From an uncultured Chloroflexia bacterium (GTDB lineage Bacteria > Chloroflexota > Anaerolineae > Anaerolineales > UBA4823): a DNA stretch of 64,000 bases. Of the stretch, positions 57,652 through 64,000 are shown piece by piece; positions within the stretch are counted from its first letter, which is position 1; the number at the start of each line of letters is the position of its first letter. Both the position numbers and the translations under genes were made by a program. The notes under the pieces are model-generated. The model did no database searches. It was not told the origin of the DNA and was given only the letters and a program-made list of their open reading frames with translations. The stretch covers positions 19,218-83,217 of the forward strand of contig CAVQOI010000005.1 in the NCBI GenBank assembly GCA_963714425.1. The letters are read 5' to 3'.

Positions 57652-58125
57652 TTACACTTGGTCCAGATAGGATGTCTGCTTCGACATTTCTCTGATTAGC
57701 TTGCGCGTTTTCCACCCTCGATATGCGAACAATAGTGGCAGACTTAGACCCATGACAAGTCCAACCAAACCCCAGAGCAGGTGTTTTTTTACTCGGAATT
57801 GGATTTCGTCGACGACAAGCGTTTCACCAGTATCGAGCTGGTGATATTTATGGGCATGGGACCATGTTTCGAACGGACCGGAGGTCTGCCGGTCGGTAAA
57901 CCCATTGAGTGAGACGTCTTCAATATTCGCAACCCAGTGGATCGGCAACGGTCCCAACCACAAGGTGAAATCCATCACATCTCCCTCCCCTAATTTTTGC
58001 TTGGCAGAGTGAATCTGCACTTTTACAGGTGGGGGTGTGATTGCAGCCATACTTGTAGAGTTGGAGTGGAAAGCACTCACAACATTGATTGGCGCTGGGA
58101 CCAGAAACTCGTGACGGTATTTCAT
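57652..58125 (-). CDS. SRPBCC-fold protein with C-terminal TM helix
   Basis: 157 aa. This arrangement is commonly paired with TIGR01777-type SDR genes. ATGA overlap with the upstream gene. Confidence 0.5.
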   Translation of the reverse strand: MKYRHEFLVPAPINVVSAFHSNSTSMAAITPPPVKVQIHSAKQKLGEGDVMDFTLWLGPLPIHWVANIEDVSLNGFTDRQTSGPFETWSHAHKYHQLDTGETLVVDEIQFRVKKHLLWGLVGLVMGLSLPLLFAYRGWKTRKLIREMSKQTSYLDQV

Positions 58126-59060
58126 GCGTTAAACAGATTGTTTACAGCTGACTCAGCGGTCGGGTACTGAAATTTGAAGCCAAGATCCAACAAACGGGCG
58201 GGGATTTGCCTTTGGCTGCACAGCAAAATATTCGCTTTTTCTCCGAAAAGAAAGCGCAAAGCGAACGCAGGCACAGGAAGCCAATAGGGGCGATGGAGCA
58301 CTTTTGCCAGGATGCGGCTAAATTGTGCGTTCGGGAGGGGCTCGGGGGAACTCAGATTGAATGCTCCGCTTGCCTCAGGATTTTCAATAAGGAATCGGAT
58401 GGCACGGACATGATCTTTTATATGTATCCACGAAAACCAATGCTTTCCCGCGCCCAAAGGGCCGCCAACAAATAGTCGGAAAGGCAGGAGCATAAACGGG
58501 AAGGCACCAGATTTTAAGCTCAGTGCAACACCAGCAGTACGGATGACAGCGCGGCGGACACCTAGTTTCTCCACCGGTGCAGTGGTCGCCTCCCATTGTT
58601 TGCAAATCTCAGCCAGAAAGTCATCTGTTGGGGGAGAGAATTCATTCAGCTCTACGTCCTCGCGACACCCGTAATAACCCACGGCAGATGCTTGAATGAC
58701 CACTTTGGGCTTATCAACAGCTTGTTGCACAGCCTGAAGGACAGCTTCTCCGGCATTCAGCCTGCTCTCAAGCAGCACACGCTTTTGGTCTGTTGTCCAG
58801 CGTTTCAAGATCAACGAAGGAAAATTATCGCCAGCGATCGATTCGCCAGCCAGATTTACAATTGCATCAGCACCATCCGCAAGCTGACCCCAACCCGCGG
58901 ATGTCTTTGCATCCCAACCTACTATTTGCATGCCTTCAGGGAGGGCGCCCAACTTTTTCGGATTGCGACTCAGGAGAACAATCTCGTAGCCATTTTCGTG
59001 CAACTCTTGTGAAAGGGCTCGCCCAATTAGACCAGTGCCACCGGTGATGATTACCCGCAT
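58122..59060 (-). CDS. TIGR01777/YfcH-type NAD-dependent epimerase/dehydratase-family protein
   Basis: MRVIITGGTGLIGRAL Rossmann motif, and a DUF1731-like C-terminus (RQIPARLLDLGFKFQYP). Confidence 0.75.
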   Translation of the reverse strand: MRVIITGGTGLIGRALSQELHENGYEIVLLSRNPKKLGALPEGMQIVGWDAKTSAGWGQLADGADAIVNLAGESIAGDNFPSLILKRWTTDQKRVLLESRLNAGEAVLQAVQQAVDKPKVVIQASAVGYYGCREDVELNEFSPPTDDFLAEICKQWEATTAPVEKLGVRRAVIRTAGVALSLKSGAFPFMLLPFRLFVGGPLGAGKHWFSWIHIKDHVRAIRFLIENPEASGAFNLSSPEPLPNAQFSRILAKVLHRPYWLPVPAFALRFLFGEKANILLCSQRQIPARLLDLGFKFQYPTAESAVNNLFNA

Positions 59061-59117
59061 AACAACCTCCGTTTCTTGAATAGATTATACTCCGTAACAT
59101 CCACGCCGTCAATGTAT

Positions 59118-59161
59118 TGTACAGTTAATGTCTAAACCCTTGACAATCCATGTGGATATTG
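59118..59161. repeat. Four tandem 11-bp units (TGTACAGTTAA / TGTCTAAACCC / TTGACAATCCA / TGTGGATATTG); candidate CarH-type operator
   Basis: Read directly from the sequence. The T-G-T-n-n-A phase recurs every 11 nt at 59118, 59129, (59140, degenerate) and 59151. The block overlaps the -35 box of the regulator's own promoter. Confidence 0.45.
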
Positions 59162-59168
59162 GTAAACT
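59140..59168 (+). promoter_or_regulatory. Sigma-70 promoter of the CarH-like gene
   Basis: TTGACA (59140-59145), a 17-nt spacer, then TAAACT (59163-59168). An AGGA RBS is followed by ATG 59206. Confidence 0.6.
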
Positions 59169-59205
59169 TAGTTGTTCAATAATTAGACAGAAGATAGGAA
59201 TATCT

Positions 59206-60210
59206 ATGACATCACTCGTGGAAATACGGACGGGTAGCACGGAGCCCTTATATAACATTGGAGTCGTCTCTCGTATGACAGGGATATCCATGGCAACCCT
59301 GCGAGCCTGGGAGCGGAGATACGATTTTCCAGATTCCAAGCGCACTTTGGGTGGTCACCGGCTTTATACTGAGCAAGATATCTTGCGTTTGAGGTGGGTC
59401 AAAGAAAGAATCGATAAGGGCATGCAAACAGCTCAGTCCATCCGTGCCTTACACCACCAGGAAGAAACCGGTGAATCAATTCTTACTGAGAGTGCACTTG
59501 CCCAAGGGAAACTGCAACGCGAGCAGTATTTCGTTGGATCTGGAAAACTCGAAACTGATGGACACCAACCTTTCTTCGCCAATGCGATTGATCGCTTGAT
59601 AGGCGCCCTAATAAATCGAAAGATCGAAGAGGCAGATGAGGTACTGGCAGATGCATTAGTGCTGTTTCCACCGGAGGCCTTGATATTACATTTGATCCGC
59701 CCAGTGATGAACGAAATCGGATGTATGTGGGAAAATGGAAAAATTAATGTTTCCACGGAACACCTTGCGACGAATTATTTGAGGCAACGGATGTTAATGT
59801 GGATGGTGAGCGGACCTCCTCCACGAACAAGAAGCTCAATTCTATTGGCTTGCGCCCCGGATGAATGGCACGAAGGTAGCTTGCTGATCATGGGTGCGTT
59901 GTTACGCCGCAGGCAGTGGCCCGTGCTCTACCTTGGCCAGGCGGTGCCGCTCCCGGATCTTGCTGCGTTTGTGGAGGACGCAAAACCAGCATTGGTTATA
60001 TTGATCGCCATGACAGAAGAGGCAGCGCAGAATCTCTCGAGCTGGCAGCAATACCTACCGGATACTGCGACAAAAGGCACGCCAATTGTGTGCTTTGGCG
60101 GGTTGGTTTTCGTGGAGAAACCAGAGTGGCGCATGAAGGTGCCGGGGATCTACCTTGGGGATACCTTTGAAGAAGGGATCACCGCAGTTGAGAAGTTGTT
60201 AACCAGCTAG
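59206..60210 (+). CDS. MerR-family, B12-binding light-responsive regulator (CarH/LitR-like)
   Basis: MerR HTH (YNIGVVSRMTGISMATLRAWERRYDFP). Wx9EH motif (WENGKINVSTEH). B12-binding domain with DEWHEG followed by an alpha/beta Rossmann-like region. I prefer the start at Met27 because the track's upstream codons contain the promoter. Confidence 0.75.
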   Translation: MTSLVEIRTGSTEPLYNIGVVSRMTGISMATLRAWERRYDFPDSKRTLGGHRLYTEQDILRLRWVKERIDKGMQTAQSIRALHHQEETGESILTESALAQGKLQREQYFVGSGKLETDGHQPFFANAIDRLIGALINRKIEEADEVLADALVLFPPEALILHLIRPVMNEIGCMWENGKINVSTEHLATNYLRQRMLMWMVSGPPPRTRSSILLACAPDEWHEGSLLIMGALLRRRQWPVLYLGQAVPLPDLAAFVEDAKPALVILIAMTEEAAQNLSSWQQYLPDTATKGTPIVCFGGLVFVEKPEWRMKVPGIYLGDTFEEGITAVEKLLTS

Positions 60211-60235
60211 ACGTGGGATTTGATTCTCTCTATCA

Positions 60236-60271
60236 GCAAAGCGCCCCAATATTTAGGGCGCTTTGCTTTTT
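60236..60271 (+). terminator. Intrinsic terminator after the CarH-like gene
   Basis: GCAAAGCGCCC-(9 nt)-GGGCGCTTTGC followed by TTTTT. Confidence 0.75.
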
Positions 60272-60276
60272 ACAAA

Positions 60277-60352
60277 TGGGGTGCCTGAGGAGATTTGAAC
60301 TCCCAACCACCTGATCCACAGTCAGGTGCTCTGCCATTGAGCTACAGGCACC
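60277..60352 (-). tRNA. tRNA-His (GTG anticodon) with genomically encoded G-1 and CCA
   Basis: Manual cloverleaf: G(-1) GTGCCTG TA GCTC AATGGCA GAGC A CCTGA CTGTGGA TCAGG TGGTT GGGAG TTCAAAT CTCCT CAGGCAC C CCA. Confidence 0.9.
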
Positions 60353-60370
60353 ATGGCACGCCGGATTCTA

Positions 60371-61660
60371 TCATGGAGAGTGGGGCTTTTCAAGCATCTC
60401 TCGCAGGACATTGGGCGCCTCTGTCCTGGGAACAGCACGCTGCTCCCCAGAGTCCAAACTCTTGATCGATACCTCTCCGTTTTTCTTCTCGTCAGGTCCG
60501 AGCACGATTGCAAGGCGGATTCCTACGCGATCAGCGAATTTGAATTGCTTACCAAGCTTACTCGCCTCAGGGTAGCAATTGACCTTCAAGCCCGCCCGGC
60601 GGAGTTCCGCGGCAAGGGTGAAGGAATCTAGAAGAAACGTGTCGTCAAATACGGTGACCAATACTGGAGCAGGGGGTTTCAATAGATCGGCGGGAATACG
60701 TTGGTACTGCTCTAAGAGCAGCGAGATAACTACGTCCCCCATAGCGAAGCCGACACTGGGCAATTGATCGCCGCCGACATCCGCCAGAAGGTTGTCATAG
60801 CGCCCGCCGCCTAGGATTGATCGGCGCAGTTCTCCCTGCATGTCTACAGCTTCAAAGACGATGCCGGTGTAATAATCCAGCCCCCGCACGATATTGGCGT
60901 CGAAGCGGACGTACTCCTGGAAGCCCATGGATTTTATAGCGGCGAAAAAACGGATGAGCTCGTTAGATTTGCGCCACAACTCTGCGTCTGAGAGCATATC
61001 TTTTATGCTGCTTAGCTGGCGATCCGTGAGGCCAATGTCTTTGCCGTAAGCTTCCCATTCCAGCGGAGACATCTTGCCGCGCCGGTCGATCCAACGCAGG
61101 ACTTCAGGCCGAATTTCAGGAGCTACGCCTTGCGACGACAACTGGGCATCAACAAGGCGACGATCGTTAACCAGCAGGTTGACCTCGTCGGGACGGAGAC
61201 CGACGTCTGCGATAAAGGCGCAGGCGATCGCGACCAGCTCGGCATCAGCCTCGGGTGACTCAACCCCAAACAGGTCGATATTCCATTGAAAAAATTCCCT
61301 AGAGCGGCCCTTCTGGGGGCGCTCATACCGCCAGAAAGGACCAAAAGACCACCAGCGCACTGGGTAAACCAGTTGTTTCTGGCGCTGGGCGACCATGCGC
61401 GCTAATGAAGGCGTCAATTCCGGACGGAGTGTAATTAGGTCGCCACTACGGTCTGGAAAGACGAAGGATTGCTCCTTTACCAGCTCTTCCCCGGATTTCG
61501 CTGCATAGAGCTCAATCAACTCAAGAAAAGGGGCTTCATACTCCTGGTAACCATAAGCTTCGGACACTCTACGCGCAGTGGCATACAACCATGTACGGAG
61601 CGCCATCTCCTCCGGATAAAAATCGCGCGTGCCTTTGATCGATTGAATAATAGTCTTCAT
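60371..61660 (-). CDS. hisS: Histidine--tRNA ligase
   Basis: GTRDFYPEEM, LRPELT, YFGPFWRYERPQKGRSREF-type motif 2, and GGGRYD motif 3. Confidence 0.9.
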   Translation of the reverse strand: MKTIIQSIKGTRDFYPEEMALRTWLYATARRVSEAYGYQEYEAPFLELIELYAAKSGEELVKEQSFVFPDRSGDLITLRPELTPSLARMVAQRQKQLVYPVRWWSFGPFWRYERPQKGRSREFFQWNIDLFGVESPEADAELVAIACAFIADVGLRPDEVNLLVNDRRLVDAQLSSQGVAPEIRPEVLRWIDRRGKMSPLEWEAYGKDIGLTDRQLSSIKDMLSDAELWRKSNELIRFFAAIKSMGFQEYVRFDANIVRGLDYYTGIVFEAVDMQGELRRSILGGGRYDNLLADVGGDQLPSVGFAMGDVVISLLLEQYQRIPADLLKPPAPVLVTVFDDTFLLDSFTLAAELRRAGLKVNCYPEASKLGKQFKFADRVGIRLAIVLGPDEKKNGEVSIKSLDSGEQRAVPRTEAPNVLREMLEKPHSP

Positions 61661-61694
61661 AACGAATGGATTTTAGCATAAAATAGATGACGTT

Positions 61695-62459
61695 ATGAAG
61701 ATTATCACATGGAACGTCAATGGACTACGAGCAGTGCTGAAGAAAGGCGCGTTGGCATGGTTGCTTGAGCAAGAGGCAGATGCGATTTGCCTGCAGGAGA
61801 TTAAAGCCAGGCCTGAGCAACTGGAGCCGCAAGACCATCAGACTTTTGCGGGATATCACGCATACTGGAACCCCGCAGATCGGCTTGGATATAGCGGCGT
61901 GCTGACGCTCTGCAGGGATGAGCCGAGGGAAGTGACAATGGGGCTGGATCGACTCGAGTTCGATGAGGAAGGCAGGGTGATCTGCACGCGTCACCCTGGA
62001 TTTATGCTCTTTAATATCTATTTCCCCAATGGTCAGCGTAGCCAGGAACGAGTGGATTACAAGCTAAAATTCTATGCCCGCCTATTAGAAATGTGTGGAG
62101 AACTGCACGCTTCCGGCGAGAAGATTGTGCTGTGTGGGGATTTCAATACGGCACACCAGGAAATTGACCTGAAAAACGCAAAGCAAAATGTAAACACTTC
62201 CGGCTTTCTGCCTGAGGAGCGTGCCTGGATCGACCGGTATCTAGAAAATGATTTTGTGGATATCTTCCGCCAGCGCTACCCAGAGCGAGTCCAATACTCG
62301 TGGTGGACTTATATTGGGAAGGCACGCGAGCGCAATACGGGCTGGCGATTGGATTACTTCCTGGTTTCGAACACGCTCGTACCTGATGTCCAGGACACGA
62401 TCATCCACGATGAAGTGCTTGGATCAGACCACTGCCCGGTATCGTTATCGATCACTTGA
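61695..62459 (+). CDS. xth: Exodeoxyribonuclease III
   Basis: MKIITWNVNGLRA, CLQEIK, GDFNTAH and SDHCPV motifs. Confidence 0.9.
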   Translation: MKIITWNVNGLRAVLKKGALAWLLEQEADAICLQEIKARPEQLEPQDHQTFAGYHAYWNPADRLGYSGVLTLCRDEPREVTMGLDRLEFDEEGRVICTRHPGFMLFNIYFPNGQRSQERVDYKLKFYARLLEMCGELHASGEKIVLCGDFNTAHQEIDLKNAKQNVNTSGFLPEERAWIDRYLENDFVDIFRQRYPERVQYSWWTYIGKARERNTGWRLDYFLVSNTLVPDVQDTIIHDEVLGSDHCPVSLSIT

Positions 62460-63033
62460 AGCTTGGGTCGTTTGCCATAGAATGCAGCACTGCTCTTGCA
62501 AGAAGGGTGTCATCGCGGGCGTGATGGGTGTTGGGCAGCGGGATGCGAAAGTGACGACCGGCATCTTCGAGTGAACGCCAGCGGTAGGAGCCTCGGGTCC
62601 GATTCCATTCCCCAGAGTATTGCGCGTATAGCTTCATAATACAAAAAGATGAAAAGCTATGTGGAGCCGTGGTGGGGATGCTGTAGCGGGCGTGAGTTTG
62701 CTGGATTAAGCGCAGATCGAACTCGGCGTTATATATGCCAACCGTGTGTCCAGCGAGTGCCTGCTCGAGCTCGGGCCAGACATCCAGCCAGTTGGGCGCG
62801 TTTAGAACATGCGCATCGGTAATCCCGTGGATGCGTGTGGCGTCTCGAGGAATTGAGCGCGTAGGCTTTACAAGCAATTCAAAGACAACGCTGCCGAGAT
62901 GATCAACCACACAGACCTCAACAATCTCACTGATGCGATCGACCCCCGTGGTTTCGGTGTCCAGATAACAGGGATTATCCGCCAATCTATCACGAGCGAT
63001 CTTGATTGCCTCAAGGCGTGGTGAGAGCATCAT
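62452..63033 (-). CDS. DnaQ/DEDDh-family 3'-5' exonuclease
   Basis: YLDTETTG (Exo I), YNAEFD (Exo II) and HHARDD (Exo III, H-x4-D). Confidence 0.75.
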   Translation of the reverse strand: MMLSPRLEAIKIARDRLADNPCYLDTETTGVDRISEIVEVCVVDHLGSVVFELLVKPTRSIPRDATRIHGITDAHVLNAPNWLDVWPELEQALAGHTVGIYNAEFDLRLIQQTHARYSIPTTAPHSFSSFCIMKLYAQYSGEWNRTRGSYRWRSLEDAGRHFRIPLPNTHHARDDTLLARAVLHSMANDPSFK

Positions 63034-64000
63034 TTCGTTTTGAGCTGAATGCGAAGGTCGAGAGGAGTGGTGACAGGCAGATTACACACGAAATTTTGGC
63101 AAACGTATGCGGTGGGCAGATCATTTAGCATTGGTCGCTCAAACAGAAGGGGAGGGGAGCCTGGGGGAGCGGGCACAGATGAGCGGGCAGCAATGAGATG
63201 AGGGCGGTAAGTTTCCCACAGCACGCTCTCGAGAGCTACGGTAGCTGGATTGGAATCCGCACCCAGGATGGCAACTTCGTGGACAGGCTGGAGAGCAAAA
63301 TCAAGTGCGCATAGCCAATTTGCGAAAGACGTTGGATAGCGTATTGCCAGCTCTTGAATGGGACGGAGAGCAGCTTCTGCATGATCACGCATGTCACTTA
63401 GCCCAGAAAAAGCTGCAAGCTGTAAAAGTGCCGTTGCTGCCAGCGAGCTGCCACAGGGCGTGGCATTGTCCTGGAGATCCTTGGGGCGAGTAAGCAACGG
63501 ACCGTGATCGTCTCGCGTGTCATAAAAACCACCAGCGGGATCCGAGAAATGTACCAGCATTTCTTCAAGCAGTGCCTTGGCGGAGTTGTACCAGCTGGGC
63601 TTAGGGTCAGTCTGGTAAAGGGCAAGTAACCCAAGCGCCAATGCGGAATGATCTTCTAAGAAGGCGTTATGTTGTGCAGAACCACGTCTCCACGAACGCA
63701 AGAGTCTATCGTGGGGACGAAGCTGTTCTAAGAGAAATGAAGCATTGCGTATAGCCACCTGGGTGTAGTCTGCACGCTTAAGATATCTGCCAGCCTCTGC
63801 GAAGGCAATCAATGCCAGGGCATTCCAGGAAGTCAACACCTTATCATCTGTTTGTGGTCGTATCCTCTTTTGACGATAAACAAGGAGTTTGCTGTGGAGC
63901 TGCGAGAGGGTAGTGCTAATCTCGCTTTCAGGGATGCCGAACATGGCGGCAATTTCATTGTCAGTAAGGGCACGCTGGAGTACGTTATTTCCTTCGAAAT
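63030..64000 (-). CDS. Thioredoxin-domain/YyaL (DUF255) family protein, C-terminal six-hairpin part; N-terminus lies beyond the right window edge
   Basis: The frame stays open to position 64000 (..FEGNNVLQRALTDNEIAAMFGIPESE..). The AGE/glycosidase-like helical repeat region fits the YyaL C-terminus. ATGA overlap with the downstream exonuclease gene. Confidence 0.6.
   Translation of the reverse strand, partial: FEGNNVLQRALTDNEIAAMFGIPESEISTTLSQLHSKLLVYRQKRIRPQTDDKVLTSWNALALIAFAEAGRYLKRADYTQVAIRNASFLLEQLRPHDRLLRSWRRGSAQHNAFLEDHSALALGLLALYQTDPKPSWYNSAKALLEEMLVHFSDPAGGFYDTRDDHGPLLTRPKDLQDNATPCGSSLAATALLQLAAFSGLSDMRDHAEAALRPIQELAIRYPTSFANWLCALDFALQPVHEVAILGADSNPATVALESVLWETYRPHLIAARSSVPAPPGSPPLLFERPMLNDLPTAYVCQNFVCNLPVTTPLDLRIQLKTK

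Noticed and set aside
1-64000. CRISPR arrays, insertion sequences, integrases or prophage genes, including islands inserted at tmRNA or tRNA-His
   Set aside because: No regularly spaced direct repeats were seen. No transposase, integrase or recombinase-like ORFs appear in the track. Genes flanking ssrA and tRNA-His are housekeeping (the liv operon, a sigma factor, hisS).

Overview
This is a gene-dense 64-kb window that looks like core chromosome: about 60 CDS, one tmRNA and one tRNA-His. I saw no transposase, integrase, CRISPR array or phage genes. Gene content points to an anaerobic or facultative bacterium (selenocysteine HdrA, Flx/MvhD-type modules, CooC paralogs, many LiaF/PspC-type envelope proteins). 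A Chloroflexota/Anaerolineae-like origin is only a guess from gene content.

Main blocks, left to right:
- chrA and a phaR-phasin pair.
- A five-gene PspC/LiaF-like envelope operon with pncB embedded in it.
- A DnaQ-DinG exonuclease-helicase gene.
- The livFGMHK-type ABC transporter operon.
- ssrA (tmRNA), then an ECF-type sigma factor with a candidate anti-sigma gene.
- An uncharacterised operon: DUF166-like, polytopic membrane protein, cupin.
- A Rieske/split cytochrome b operon that also encodes a membrane HdrD-like CCG protein and an FrhB-like Fe-S protein.
- A NarL-type two-component system.
- A five-gene Flx/MvhD/HdrA operon.
- cysS and two CooC-type ATPases.
- ALDH7-like, panB and thiolase genes.
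- An AAA+ ATPase divergent from an FHA-GAF-cyclase.
- A CarH-type B12 photoreceptor divergent from a CrtI-like operon.
- hisS with tRNA-His, xth, and a DnaQ-like exonuclease.

Most notable observations:
1. Both tandem hdrA genes are split in the ORF track by an in-frame TGA. It sits at the conserved Cys position (TLDCAA-UGA-ILTPKM), and the same hairpin follows 16 nt downstream in both copies. I read them as selenoproteins, not pseudogenes. One copy also carries a roughly 480-aa GltD/NfnB-like insertion.
2. The Rieske/cytochrome b operon is translationally coupled to an HdrD-like CCG protein.
3. Two genes (ALDH7-like and thiolase) each carry a one-base frameshift in a 5-nt homopolymer.
4. The CarH-like regulator has a Wx9EH motif, and four tandem 11-bp repeats overlap its own -35 box.

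All functional calls rest on motif recognition in the supplied translations and on my own reading of the DNA. No database search was run.
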